NCBI GenBank assembly: GCA_030324005.1 | Contig: JARDVH010000025.1 | Span: 50,130,495 to 50,194,494 of the forward strand | DNA from: Negaprion brevirostris | Taxonomy: Eukaryota | Direction: 5' to 3' | DNA length: 64,000 nt | In this document: piece by piece, positions 38,861 to 53,313 of the stretch | Layout of the letters: each line of letters opens with the position of its first letter | How positions within the stretch are numbered: the first letter of the stretch is position 1 | The notes under the pieces: model-generated | Told to the model about the DNA's origin: nothing | Databases searched by the model: none | What the model saw: only the letters and a program-made list of their open reading frames with translations | Translations under genes and position numbers: made by a program

Positions 38861-39725
38861 ATGTGGAAACTGATGCAATGCAAAATAAAGGTGACAAAAG
38901 AGAACGATAAGAGTGAGCTCATTGATTCTTACAAAGAATCAAAGTTCATGTTATTGTTGGTGCCTACGTCAATCAGTGTAATCCTGCACACACCAATCTG
39001 GTTGCAATATTGATTTGAAGTGATAATTGGTTCTTCAGAGGGTGGATTGCCACCTATAATTTCTAGCAGTTTGTGCCTTTGTGATTACTCATGTGACACC
39101 TGACGGTCCAGAACATTGTTCTTATCCATTTGCAGTGAGGGAGCTTAAAGGTAGACATTTTGAAGCCTCATCAAAAGGTACGTTCTCACCTCAAGGTAAT
39201 AATTTGTATTGACAGTTTAATGGGCTGAGTTTGCTTCTCTGAGATTTAAAGGAGAGCAGTTCACAGAGGGGCAGTTTTTTCTCTCCAATCACAGAATGTC
39301 TCTAATCTAGGCAACCAGCAAGAAAAAGCTGTCTGTCTTTTAAAGTATGTATCAATTGAAGGAATAATTGAGATAAAGAAACCTTCCATCTTAGCACCTA
39401 TATTTAGAAAGAAAGAGATTGAGTTTTATTGTTTCTATAACCAAGGAATGTAGGAGAATTTATGCTTTCACTATGAAAAATGTACACTGTTCATTATACT
39501 ATTTGTGTTATTGATCTAAAGCTTGTGCTTTATTTCAGCAGAAAGCATTGGAACATAGTAACAGGAGTAGACCATTCATCCTCTTTTGCCTGCTCTGCCA
39601 TTCAATTAGATCATGGCTGATCTGTGGCTTATCTCGACTTTAGTTCTATATCCCTTAATAGCATTATCTATCAGTCTCAGTTTTGGAACTTTCGATTGAA
39701 TTGGAATGAAAATATTTTTCACTAC

Positions 39726-40902
39726 TGTTATGACCAAGTGAGGAGCAGTACAAGGTCTTCCCTCTTTTCCCTCTCCTCGTTTGACCACAACAGTTTTTTT
39801 TGTTCGAAGATGATATAATTGTCAATTCAGTGAGTACTTAACTCTATGTGTTTTGATCATAAAAGATCCAATTGGACTGGCTTTCTGGAGTTTAGTTTAA
39901 AAAAAGGTTACTTTTATTGTACTTGAACCAATTTAAGTAATAAAACTTCATTTTTGCACACACTCATTCGAAGTTTACACACACATAAATGAAAATTACA
40001 GAGTGGAGATGGATAACTACCAAATTAGAGTGGTTAAAAACGGAATATATTTAGTTTGACCCAACTGGCTTCAGACTTTTCTTCATTGGTGCCATTGCAT
40101 CCAATTTAAAGGCATAACCTGCTGATTTGGTTATTTTTCTGCAGATCTTAATGATCCGTAGATGTTAAGAAGTCTGTTTGTAGGAGGAGCATCTCTGATT
40201 GGTCACAGATAACAAACAGGTCTTGAAAATTGCCCGGTGGGTTGGAAGAAGACGGAGGGACGAAAGGTTCCCAAACAGCTCTTATCAAAGTTTTTTTAAA
40301 GTTAAGAAGATTTTTATTAGTCACAAGTAAGACTTGCCATTAATACTGCAATGAAGCTACTGTGAAATTTCCTCAGTTAACATATTCTGGGTCATTGTGC
40401 CTAGCCTATCTTTCAACCTCTCAGCTTTTCCTCTGTTCTGCTGAGAAAATATATGCTGAAAATCTACAAAGAATTAATTTAACGTGTGACCTTCTTTCTC
40501 CAACTGGCGGGGAATCCAATTGAAGTAATTGTCCACTTAGCCTGAGGGTAACTTGATTAGATCAAGTCTGGAAATCTGTCTTGTCCAAATGATTACTCTT
40601 AATGGTTCATCTCCAATAGTTGAACACCCCAGGTGATTGCCTTAATACCTTGTTAATTGGAAAGGACATGTACATCTTTCTCATTCCACAGGGGGTCATT
40701 GTCTTTGGCTTTGCAGACTTGCTGTCTCCATTCCAAAGAATTGGAATGTGAGTTGTACAGTAATGTAAATTGGAGTAGCCATCTTTGGCTATGATCTCAG
40801 GTCACCTTTAGTCCGTTTTTAAAAGTCTGTTTTTTATAAGTTGAATTTAAGTTTCCAGGTGGAGGATTAAAATCTTTTTTGAATAAGCATGTCTTCATGA
40901 CA
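39726..40902. mobile_element. Solo LTR (Gypsy-like, 4-bp TSD) containing a SINE-tail fragment
   Basis: Termini TGTTATGA...TCATGACA with CTAC on both flanks (39722-39725, 40903-40906). An inverted SINE tail lies at ~40310-40380. Confidence 0.75.
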
Positions 40903-41039
40903 CTACTGTTTACATAAAGAAGGTCTTCCTAACATTGCCTGAAATATAAAGTAGACAGATGCTCCACAGAGGAAATTGTTCTTCTCCATTTACTCGAATA
41001 TCATTTGAACATCTTAAGCTTCCTAAATAAATCACCATC

Positions 41040-41255
41040 AACATCCTGAGAGTTACCACTGACCAGAAATTTAACTGCTCTTGTGGCTGCAAGAGCAAGC
41101 CAGAGGCTGGGAATTCTGCTGTCAGTAATTCATTCTTGAATCTCTGAACTTTTTCCATCACTTCCAAAGCACATGTCAGGAGGATGATGAAATACTCTGC
41201 ACTTGCCTGGATGACAGCAGCTCCAAAAATATACAAGAAATTTGGCACTATCAAA
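41040..41255 (+). mobile_element. CR1-like LINE fragment (second family)
   Basis: gaccagaaatttaact..gcaagagca..aggatgatgaaatactct..cttgcctggatg matches 44310-44400 and 44680-44750. Confidence 0.65.
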
Positions 41256-43645
41256 AGAACATTTCATCATAAGATTGTTTATTTTAATTACATTCTTACA
41301 CACATTCATCCCTGCAGACCCAACTCTTAACCTGACACTACTTCAGCTATGTTCTGTTTAAGTTTCTGTCCAGGACAAATCTGTGCTGAGTTAACTCTGG
41401 ATAAAGTATCAGCATCATTGCTATTTTTCTGCAACATGGGTAATCCTTAGATGACAAAGTTGCAAAACAGGCTCCATCAAAGTAACATTGCATTATGGAT
41501 TTTGATGAGTTGGGGTCTGGCTTAAGGAAGGAGTTGTTTCAAAAGCTGATGCCTTTTTTCCTTTTAGATTCCTGTAGGTATTGTCTAGGAGGATTGAGGT
41601 TATCACTAACATCTATGGTAGGATTTTGGATTTCCTAGCTTTTGGATGGATACCTATCATTAATCACTTGGCTATGCTTTGTTCAATAGACAATGTGTTT
41701 AAACTGTCTGAAATTACCCCACTCTGTTCTAGGAAGGTACTGGTTTTGGATGCAGGCATTTTTACTACACTGNNNNNNNNNNNNNNNNNNNNNNNNNNNN
41801 NNNNNNNNNNNNNNNNNNNNNNNNNNNNNNNNNNNNNNNNNNNNNNNNNNNNNNNNNNNNNNNNNNNNNNNNNNNNNNNNNNNNNNNNNNNNNNNNNNNN
41901 NNNNNNNNNNNNNNNNNNNNNNNNNNNNNNNNNNNNNNNNNNNNNNNNNNNNNNNNNNNNNNNNNNNNNNNNNNNNNNNNNNNNNNNNNNNNNNNNNNNN
42001 NNNNNNNNNNNNNNNNNNNNNNNNNNNNNNNNNNNNNNNNNNNNNNNNNNNNNNNNNNNNNNNNNNNNNNNNNNNNNNNNNNNNNNNNNNNNNNNNNNNN
42101 NNNNNNNNNNNNNNNNNNNNNNNNNNNNNNNNNNNNNNNNNNNNNNNNNNNNNNNNNNNNNNNNNNNNNNNNNNNNNNNNNNNNNNNNNNNNNNNNNNNN
42201 NNNNNNNNNNNNNNNNNNNNNNNNNNNNNNNNNNNNNNNNNNNNNNNNNNNNNNNNNNNNNNNNNNNNNNNNNNNNNNNNNNNNNNNNNNNNNNNNNNNN
42301 NNNNNNNNNNNNNNNNNNNNNNNNNNNNNNNNNNNNNNNNNNNNNNNNNNNNNNNNNNNNNNNNNNNNNNNNTGGACTTGCTTTATATCCCAGCATCTAT
42401 TCCAACCTCCCCTCAGATATTCTGTTTCCAGATAACATAAGAACTGTCATCTGCAGAACCAGGAGATAAAGGGAACAAACTGCACCAGACCACTGATGAA
42501 GAAGCAATGTCAATGATCTGACACTCACATCCACCAGCTCAAATACTGGATGGCTGGTAACCCATCAGGCATGAGAATTCTGCAGTCTTCCGAGGAAAAG
42601 GATAGGGCATGTGACAGCTCACTCAAAGGGCGAGGTTGCAGACGAGTTCTGTTACAGGGTATTTGAATAAGGACATCAATGGGGAATACCAGACAGCCTC
42701 CTGTCATTAAACTAAAAAGAAAAAATGCTGGAAATGCCCATCAGATTTGGCACCATTTATCAAGAGAGAAATGGGTCACAGTTTGGGTGACAGCATCCTG
42801 TCACTGTTAAAGATGTTGTAGGAGTCTGGCTCCATTGTGGCAGAGGGCATCACACAGAGCTTGGAGCCCATCCTTTCCATCGTCAAAATGTTGGCCACTC
42901 TATGGCAGCATTTGCAGATTTATTTGTGACATAGTTTCAGGTGCCACTGTCCCAGCTTTCATGTCAAAGTGGGTGTAAAAGCAGTGAAAGCCACTCAATG
43001 CTGCAGTGGAAGCTTAGACTGTGATCTTGAATTTCATTCTTGTTGCCAAGCTTTGGTACCATCATGACCATGGATCTTGATGTTCAAAGGAGCATGCAGG
43101 CAGCCATGACAATGCAGCAATCTCTCCTCCACCAGGTTACTAGGATTGTTGAGATTCCACCCCATGTGTGTGACAGTATCACTGAAGCATGAACCTTACT
43201 GTCCTCTCTCAGAAAGACACCATTCATGCCCGTAAAACTACCACTCCACTAGTATCCTAGTTGCTCCACCTCAGCAAACACCCTATGCCGCTGGCTGCCC
43301 ATTTTGAGGTGGTACAATGTAAAGCTGGGTTATCAAACCCCAGAGTTCTTGAGGATATGCTGCAAGGCAATCTGTAGTCTTTCCCACTAAAAATCAGCAG
43401 CCTTTCCCCAGTTACCGAGTTGGTACAGGCATGGGTGTAATAGGCCAGGCAAAGATGCACAGATGTTAGTGTAATGGTGAGGTCACTGCACTAGTAACCC
43501 AGCAGGCCCTTACCAATGATTTGATGACATGGGTTCAAATCCTGCAACGGTATCTGGTTTAAAAAAAACAGGATAGGACATACCTGGGAAAAATGTCCTG
43601 TACACAAAAAGCAGGACAAATCCACCCTGGCCAATTATCACCCAA

Positions 43646-43967
43646 TTAATCTACCCTCTGAGTAAAGAACCTACCTCTGACATCCGTCCTATAATTACCA
43701 CCCCTCAATTTAAAGCTATGTCCCCCTGTGTTAGCCATCACCATCCGAGGAAAAAGGCTCTCACTGTCCACCCTATCTAACCCTCTGATCATCTTGTATG
43801 CCACAAGTAGGTCACCTCTTGAGCTTCTCTCCAATGAAAATAACCTCAAGTCCCTCAGCCTTTCCTCATAAGACCTTCCCACCATACCACGCAACATCCT
43901 GGTAAACCTCCTCTGCACCCTTTCCAATGCCTCCACATCCTTCTTATAATGCGGCGACCAGAACTGT
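43646..43967 (-). mobile_element. CR1 (HER1-like) LINE fragment, relatively young
   Basis: EALERVQRRFTRMLRGMVGRSYEERLRDLRLFSLE..YKMIRGLDRVD..GRFFTQRV. Confidence 0.88.
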
Positions 43968-44049
43968 NNNNNNNNNNNGAATGGCGGGGCAGGCTCGAAG
44001 GGCTGGATGGCCTACTCCTGCTCCTATTTCTTATGTTCTTATGTTCTTA

Positions 44050-45245
44050 TAAGGTCAGAAGTTGGGATGTTCACTAATGATTGCACAATGTTCAGCACCA
44101 TTCGTGACTCCTGATACTGAAACAGTCAATGTTCAAATACAACAAAATCTGGACAATATCCAGACTTGGTGCTGACAAGTGACAAGTAACATTTGTGCTA
44201 CACAAATGCCAGACAATGACTATCATCAATAAGAGACACTCTAACTCCCATCCCTTGACATTCAATAGTATTACCATCATTGAATCCCCCATTGTCAATA
44301 TCCTTGTGGTTACCATTGACCAGAAACTCAACTGGACTCATCACATAAACACAGTGGCTGCAAGAGCAGGTCAGAGGCTAGAAATACTGCGGCAAGTATC
44401 TCACCTCCTGACTCCTCAAAGCCTATCCCCCGTCTACAAGGATCTTGATCCAGCGATTGCGAAGGAGCAGTGATAGATTTCCAATGGTGAGTGGTTTTAG
44501 GATGATGAGTGGCTTGAAGGGGAACTTGTAGGTGATGGTGTCCCCATGTATCTGCTGCCCTTGTCCTTCTAGATGGAAGTGGTCGTGCATTTGGAAGGTG
44601 CTGCCTTAGGATCTTTGGTGATTTGCTGCAGTGCATCTTGTAGATGGTACACATGCTGCTATTGAGCGTCAGTAATGGTGGAGTGTGATGGAATACTCCT
44701 CACTTGCCTGGATGGATGCAACTCCAACAACACTCAAGAAGCTTGACACCATCCTGCTTGATTGGCACCACATTAGAAACACCCACACCCTCCACCACCG
44801 ATGCTCAGTAGCAGCAGTGTGTACTATCTACAAGATGCGCTGCAGTAATTCACCAAAGATCCTTAGACAGCACCTTCCAAACCCATGACCACTTCCATCT
44901 AGAAGGACAAGAACAGCAGATACATGGGAACACCACAACCTGCAAGTTCCCCCCCAAGTTACTCACCATCCTGACTTGGAAATATATCGCTGTTCCTTCA
45001 CGGTCGCTGNNNNNNNNNNNNNNNNNNNNNNNNNNNNNNNNNNNNNNNNNNNNNNNNNNNNNNNNNNNNNNNNNNNNNNNNNNNNNNNNNNNNNNNNNNN
45101 NNNNNNNNNTGTGGGTCAACCCACAGCACATGGGCTACAGTGATTCAAGAAGGCAGCTCACCACCACCTTCTCAAGGGCAACTAGGAATGGGCGATAAAT
45201 GCTGGCCAGCCAGCGATGCCCATGTCCTGAATTAAAGAAAAAATT
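44050..45245 (+). mobile_element. CR1-like LINE 3' part with an internal inverted segment of the same family
   Basis: Sense at 44050-44440 and 44680-45245. The segment 44441-44680 is antisense and complementary to ~44800-45009. Confidence 0.8.
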
Positions 45246-48200
45246 CAAATACTAAATCTTTAGTGAAAGGCTAATTGCCCTAATTATTACCATGAAATAT
45301 TTATTTAAACGTGCTCTAGGGAAGGAAATCTGCATCCTTACCTGAACTGGTCTACATGTGACTCCAAATCCACAGTAATGTGGTTGATTCTCAACTCCCC
45401 TTTGAAACAGCCTAGCAATTAGAAATGGATGTAAACTGCTGGCTGTGCCTGTGTCATCCATATCCCATAGAAGAATAGAAAAAATAGACAGGTGAAGGCA
45501 TAAGCCTGAGTAGCTCAAATTTGTATATTTAGATATGTTTTTGGACAAACCTTGAGTGAAAAGTTGATCACTTTTATTGTAGGATTTGGCCACAGTGATG
45601 TTGAGATGGGGTGTCTCAGATGGATGCTACAATGGCAATGGTGGAGCGAAGATGATAAAGGGAATCTGTCCAAAGGGAAATGGAGACTGACAAAAATATA
45701 TTTAGATGAAAATAAGTTGAACCGAAATATGGTTAAAAGCGTGTTTTAAACTTCCAATCGTTGCATCTCCTGTAATCCACAACATGCACTAATGTCCTAA
45801 AATGCCCACAAGGAAGGTTGAAACCCTCACATCCACTTTTTCTGCAATTGTTATTCATTCACAGCCTAAAGTAATGGATCGCTTCTGTATCTTATTTCCT
45901 GCGCCTGTTCTCACACCTATTAATCAATGCTTGCTCACAAATATTCTATTAAAGTTCCTTCAGACTCTGCTTTATTCTTTAAAGGAGATAACTACATAAA
46001 ACGCCAGACAGAAAAATGCCAATGAAGACGACCCCAAGTCTTCATGCTTTTACCTGTCTTGAGAAGGATGACTTGAAAATAACCAACACAAGGACACAGC
46101 ATTATGACTTGGAAAAATGGGAAAGGTATTGCCAACTACAGCTAGGTTTCTGATTCTCAGTTCTTGCTTTTTAAGTGAGTTCTCTCCTCACAATGCTTAA
46201 GTTTACATCTTCTTCCAAAAGGACACTAGTATTTCACAGCTCTGTTACTCCTGCTAATCTTTCTTTCTTTTTTCCCTCCTAGAATAACTCCAGCCCGAGA
46301 AGCAGCTTGAAGAATCAGGCTTCTCAACTTTAGCATCACACAGCAGCACTCATTCTGTCATTCTGTTTGCACCCTCACAGGCAGTAATTTGAACATGAGC
46401 ACACACTGCTTTGACAGATAGGGGGCACACTACATGCAGATGCACAAAGTAAGGTGAGGAGATGAGAATATGGTAGTTGAGGAGATACCGTGGATATCTG
46501 AAGGGAGTCTACCCTTGATTGAGAAATCTCAGGACACATTTCAGGATCCACGATTCAAATAAAGAGTGCTTACAGAGCATCAAACACGTATGCAGATAGC
46601 TTAGCCAGGGTGCCAGAATTAGTGGTAAATGATGGGACAATTGGAGGAATCAGTTAGTTGCATCTGCACCACCACAGTGCTTGCATATATAACTGTGTCA
46701 CCAATCCTCTAGTGTCTGGCGCCTCCAGCCTGCCCTGTTGCACATACTTCCCCAAAAACCAATTAAAGGTTACGTATAGCCAAAGCATTGTAGCTAATTG
46801 TTTTCAGCAACGAAAAGATGAGGCTATTTCTCAGAGCTGCCAAGATCTATTTGGAATCGTTTGTTCTGGATGTTTACCAATCAGTGGCTAAACAGATTCA
46901 CATTTCAATGCTAGTGGTCTGGCCAGTGTACATATAAAGGATTATATTTCTCAGGCCAGTGGCATTTGTGCATCTTTCTTGCAGCTTTTGGGTCAGCCTC
47001 CCATATTCTTTCAGCTGCAGCATGGTTAGTCACTCCCGTAAGATTTTTGAGCAATTTTTGCCTGTCTTCCCCAGNNNNNNNNNNNNNNNNNNNNNNNNNN
47101 NNNNNNNNNNNNNNNNNNNNNNNNNNNNNNNNNNNNNNNNNNNNNNNNNGCGATGTTGTAACAGTAGAACCTGTTTGCAATCTGAACTGGATATTTTATT
47201 TTTCACATATTTCCATGCAGACTGTCCCAATAGATATGAAGAGAAACTGAGAAACATTTTAGTGAAATCTGGCCAACATTAATAGTTAAACTGAGATTAT
47301 ATATACATATTAAGCCTAATAAACAATTACTTGTATCCTTGGGCCTCCATTTTTGGATGCCTAATCCCATTTGGTGCTTGAAAACAGGTGTAAATTAAAT
47401 TCTAGGATAATGTTCCATCAAGAGGACAAATCAAAACTGTTTGATCTGCAGTTTGAATATGTAGTCTAGCAAAGGAAAGCCTCAGAGTGAGAAATACAGA
47501 ATGGGTCAGAATGACTAGTGGCAGTGGGTCAGTTGACTGAAATCATTGGATGCGTGTTCATTGGAAGCACAGGGTTGGTGTAGTTGGCAGAGCAATTATT
47601 TAGCTTAAAATCATGGATTCTGTTCACAGTATGGCATCAGGCAAAGGCTGGCCTTGTTTTGTTGCCTTCTGAACCATCTATCCTGAAATCACCTTTTTAA
47701 GCTTTTGCAACAGAGATGACCTGCAGCAGTCAATGAAAAGTTCACTGTCCTTTGCAGAGAATGGATGCCAAGGCAAACAAAACAAAAGAATGGAACTAGA
47801 TTGGTAAAGGCGCACAAAGTAAAAAAACACACTTAATATTCATAAATACTTAGGAATGGACAAAAGTCCTTTGAATCTGATGGCTTTTAACATTACTTGT
47901 ACTTTGACAACTGTTGCCTAGCCACTAGTAATGCCTCTTGTATACAAGTGTTTTCAGAGTGGATCAGGGATACTGGGGAGAGAAATCTTTATAAACTCAT
48001 TATAATGCAATTACCAAGGGTATGGTGGTGGCCACTGCTATACAGATATAGCAGCAAAGCTACAGCACACTTTGTTTCTGATCAATTATTGAGAGGAAAT
48101 TTTTACCTCGATAAATTCAGTATGTAATTCTAAAACAGATAAATTAATCATAGTCTTAAAATTATGTAAACGTTTATCAGTGTTATTAAAAAATTATGTT

Positions 48201-48404
48201 ATTCTGGACCCTTTGAGGACCAGGTTGGAGTTAGGAAGACTGATCAACACCTTGGTGCTGTCATGCTATTTCCCCAGTGGTGGAAAGGGGCCAGATAACC
48301 TCTGTACTCCCCCCTGTTGAATCACACTTGAAGGAAACACTGAGGATGGCAAGGGTGAAAAATTTACTCTGGGCAGCAGCACTACTGATCAGGCTGGTTG
48401 GGTC

Positions 48405-50622
48405 CTAAAGGATATAACTGCTAGACTGGGTCTGCAGCAGGTGGTGAAGGAAAAGGAAAAAAAAACTTGACCTCATCCTTATCAATCTGCCAGCTTCAGA
48501 TGCATCTGTCCATGACAATATCGGTAAGAGTCCTCGTGGGGACGATGCCCCGCCTTGACATTGAGAATAACCTTATCACGTTGTGTGACACTATCACCAT
48601 GCTAAATGGAACAGACTTTGAACAGATCTAGCAACTCAAGACTGGGCATCCATGAGGTGCTGTGGGTCATCAACAGCAGCAGAACTGTGCTCCAGTGCAA
48701 TCTGCAATCTCATGGCCAGGTATACCCCTTACTCAACCATTACCATCAAGCCAGGGGATCAACCCTGGTTCAATGGAGGATGCAGGAGGGTAACACCGAG
48801 CACACATAAAAATGAGGTATCAACCTGGTGAAACTACCAGACAGGACTACTTGCATGCCAAACAGCATAAATAACCAGTGATAGACCGAGCTAAAGCGAT
48901 CCCACAACCAACAGATCAGATCTAAGCTCTGAAATCCTGCCATCTCCAGTAATGAACGGTGGTGGACAATTAAACAACTCACTGGAGGAGGAGGTTAAAC
49001 ATATATCCCCATCCTCAATGAGCCCAGCACATCAATACAAAAGATGAGCATTTGCAGCAATCTTCAGCCAAAGTGACAGATAATCTATCTCAGCCTCCTC
49101 CAGTATCCCCAGCATCTCAGACGTCAGTCTTCACTCCACATGATATCAAGAAATGATTGGAGACACTGGATACTGCAAAGGCAGTGGACCTTGATAACAT
49201 CCCAGCAATAGTGCTGAAGACTTGCGCTCCAGGACTTACTGCTTCCCTAGCCAAGATGTTCCAGTACAGTAACAGCACTGACATCTATTCGACAAGGTAG
49301 AAAATTGCCCAAGTATGTCAAGTACACAAAAAGCAAGACAAATCCAATCCAGCCAATTATCACCCAATCAGTCTACTCTCAATCAGTAAAGAGATGGAAG
49401 GGGTCATCAACAATGCTAGCAAGCAGTACTTGCTCAGCAATAACCTGCTCAGTGACACCCAGTTTGGGCTTTGCCAGGGTCACTCAGCTCCTGATCTCAT
49501 TACAGCTTCAAACATGGACTAAAGAGCTGAATTCCAGAGCTGAGATGAGAGTGACAGCCCTTGACATCAAAGCTGCATTTGACCAAGTGTGGCATCAAGG
49601 AGCTCTAACAAAAATGGAATCGATAGGTGTCAGGGGGCAAACTCTCTGTTGATTGGAGTCATACCTGGCACATAGGAAGATGGTTGTGGAGGATCAGTCA
49701 TCTCAGCTCCAGGACATCTCATCTTGAGCTGCTTCATCAATGACCTTCCCTCCTTGATGAGGTCAGAAGTGGGAATGTTCGCTGATGATTGTGCAGTGTT
49801 CAGCACAGTTCGTGACTCCTCAGATACTGAAGCAGTCCACGTTCAGATGCAACAATATCTTGACAGTATCCAGGCTTGAACTGTGGCAAGTAATATTCAT
49901 GCCACACAAATGCCAGCAATGACCATCACCAATACGAGACACTCTAACTACCGTCCTTTGACATTCAATAGTGTTACCAACACTGACTCCCCCACTGTCA
50001 ACATCTGTGGCATTACCATTGACCAGAAACTCAACTGGACTCACCACATAAACAGGTCAGAGGATAGGAATACTGCGATGAGTAAGTCACATCCTGACTC
50101 CCCAAAGCCTACCCATCATCTACTAGTCAGAAGTCAGGAGTGTGATGATGAAATACTCCCCACTTGCCTGGCTGGGTGCAGCTCCAAAAATACTGAAGAA
50201 GCTTGACAACATCAAGGACAAAGCAGCCCACTTGATTGGCACCACATCTAAGAACATTCAATCCCTCTGCCACTGACGCTCAGTAGGAGCAGTGTGTACT
50301 ATTTACAAGATGCACAGCAGCAATTCACTAAAGATCCTTAGAAAGCACCACTTTCATCTAGAAGGACAAGGGCAGCAGGTACATGGGAACACCACCTGCA
50401 ATTTCCCCTCCAAGCCACTCACCATCCTGACTTGGAAATATATCGCTGTTCCTTCACAGTTGCTGGAATTCCTTCCCTAACAGCACTGTGGGTCAACCCA
50501 CAGCACATGGACTGCAGCAATTCAAGAAGGCAGCTCACTACCACCTTCTCAAGGACAACTAGGGATGGACAGTAAATGCTGTCAGCCAGCGACGCCCGTG
50601 ACTGATGAATGAATAAAAAAAA
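48405..50622 (+). mobile_element. Long (~2.2 kb) 5'-truncated CR1-like LINE with decayed reverse transcriptase
   Basis: NYHPISLLS, VTALDIKAAFDQVWHQG and MFADD (gggaatgttcgctgatgat) motifs with frameshifts. 3' tail ends gaatgaataaaaaaaa. Confidence 0.88.
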
Positions 50623-52361
50623 TGGGTGGGGAATCCTTTTTTGGGCACTTTTGGCCCAGGCAGGGTTCCCTCCAGTCAGGGTCTGCCTGACATCCTCAGC
50701 GCACCCTTACCCCATTTACCCAGTTGTGAGGGCATCCATCTATCGTCCTGCAGGTGCAGCTCCAGGAGTGATCACCACGCCTGATGGCACTGCTGAGCCG
50801 CCAGCCCTCTGACTGGACAGACTGATCTTCGGGTAAGCATCCATCCTTAATTGGATGCAACAATCAGTTGGCTTCTGCTTGAAAAAAATGAAACCACAGG
50901 TGCCAATACCCAGTCAGGTGAGGTTTATCCCATCCCTGATCCCCACTATAGACCCCAACAGTGGGATGCTTGTCGCCTTTGCAAACTCCCAGACTATGAG
51001 GCAAGTTTTAGGAGCTGGTGCTGCTTGTATAGTGCCTCATTCATTGGGAAGGTTGCCCAGACAATTGACAAGATTAATGCATACATTTTAAGACTCTTCC
51101 AATTATCTTTTTTTTAATTTCTGTAAAATTGTAATTCATGGGAATCACAAGTCAGGACTATCTTCCTATAGGAGCCTTGTCTTGTAAGATGTGCTCCCTT
51201 GTATCTGTTAGGCTGGAATGTACATTGCTGATTGTTCCCAGGTGTTGTGGTTTTAACATGAACCAATCAGATTCCACATTGACCATATTATATCAGTCCT
51301 GCATAAGATTACCACTTTTTATCCTTTTAGCTTTCTAATATTTACTTATTTTTAGTTAACTTTTCTGCTTTTTAAATTATTTGAGGTGCATCCTCCTTGT
51401 TGCTGTCCAGCTCTGAACTGTGTGAATCCCCCGCCCCCACCCCTCATCCTGAGCAGTGTACACTGTGTTCTGGCCTCAGAGTTCGCAGATATCAGTTTCT
51501 TTAACTCTCCTGTTGCTAACTTCCAGCCTCCACTTAGTAAGTAGCGACTATACAGGACAATCCGGGGGCTGGAGTACGTTGTCAACATCTGTAAACTGAA
51601 TCAAGGGCAACAAAAACTGAGATCAGAAGCTTGCTGTAGTTCAGAAAGCCAGGTGGTAAAGAATAAAACTGGAACCAATTGTTACACACACTACAAGCTT
51701 TTATTTACAGAGAAACCCAATNNNNNNNNNNNNNNNNNNNNNNNNNNNNNNNNNNNNNNNNNNNNNNNNNNNNNNNNNNNNNNNNNNNNNNNNNNNNNNN
51801 CACTCCCTGTCCGTGGCCATCAACAGCATACAAATAACACAATATACAATGAACACTTCAGAAACGCACTGTTTCATATTTCTTGAGAGGGCAGTATTGT
51901 AATGTAACAGGAGATCAATAGCTGAAAAGTATTTCCTTTTATTTGGATTATAAAGGGTAGATTTTCCTTTTTCATTGCCATATTCAGTTCCCAGGCACGA
52001 TGAAGATGAAGTGAGAAAGGAGATCCATGGAGTCAAGCCACCACCCACCTTACGCTGCCAAAGACTTTTGGGGGTTTCTAATATGGACAGCATGCCAGTG
52101 AGCTAAGAGGGGAAACTTTGGTCCTCCAGTCTCTCTTCCTTCCAGCCTAAGGGCTTAGTATAGTTCGCATGAATTATTTATATTTAAAAAGTAGGCATTT
52201 TCCCTGATCGTACCTACCACTCATGCTCTTCCTACTGACAAGTTCCAGGCTGTTTTATGCCTTCTCCTGGTCTCTCCTGTGGCAAACATATTGTGTCTCT
52301 ATAACAACTGGTAACTATTGTTTCCACATCCTGCATAAGTGGGGCCAAATCTCCTAACCTC

Positions 52362-52660
52362 AGGTGGCATTGTGGCACAATGGTTAGTGTTACTGCCTCA
52401 CAGGGCTAAGCACCTGGGTTCAATTCCCAGCTTGGTTACTGTCTGAGTGGAGTCTGCATGTTCTCCCCATGCCTGCATGGGTTTCCTCTGGTTTCCTCCC
52501 ACAATTTAAAAGACATGCTGGTTAGGCACATTGGCCATGCTAGATTCTCCCACAGTTAACCTGAACAGGCGCTGGAGTATGGTGACTAGGGGATTTTCAC
52601 AGTAACTTCTTTGCAGGGTTAATGTAAGCCTACTTGTGGCACTAATAAATAAACTTTAAA
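52362..52660 (+). mobile_element. HE1-headed SINE with alternative tail
   Basis: Same head and tail as 19860-20156. B-box ggttcaattcc. Confidence 0.8.
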
Positions 52661-53313
52661 CCGTTATCCGAGTTCTGTCGAGCTGATGCTGGAGACACAT
52701 GCTTCTGAACCCATGAGAGTGTATAGAGACAGAGGGAGGTCATCTTCTAGCATGTAAGTGACAGACACTTGTGCCACTGTGGACACATCTCACACATTTG
52801 CCAAAAGTGAGGAGAAATGCGCTTTGGAACAATGGCTTTAACAAGTCACTTTTTCCACATCTGGCACTGCTGGATAAAACATATTTCATCAGCCCAATAG
52901 GCCCTCCTTGTGATGGATCAATATCACAAGTGGAGCTGTATTTTGATTTGAGCTGCAGGCCAGAAATTATGTTGGGATCCCCAGATAAATCTCAAATTTG
53001 CACAGCTGCCAGGTTGTTTGCAGAAGATATGCCATTTTACAGCAGAGAAGTTCCAGCCAAGAAATTGCAGGTGAGTAGATTCAATCCCATGCCCCTACCC
53101 TCTCCAATAATCATGGGTCACGTTTATACAATTGGAGGCCCCATCAAAAATTTTCAGCCTGGCTCGAGACATCTGTACTCAGGCCCATCCTCCTGGTTTT
53201 GTGAGGTTAGCATGACCTCCTGTTCTACTTACTCTGGGGTTGTTCCTTTAAATCCCATGGGAATTGGAGGCTATTGTGCCATTGGGAAAGTGTGAATGTA
53301 TACGCTGTTGGAA

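Noticed and set aside
52771-53295. 174-aa intronic ORF
   Set aside because: GTG start, no recognisable homology and no splice support.
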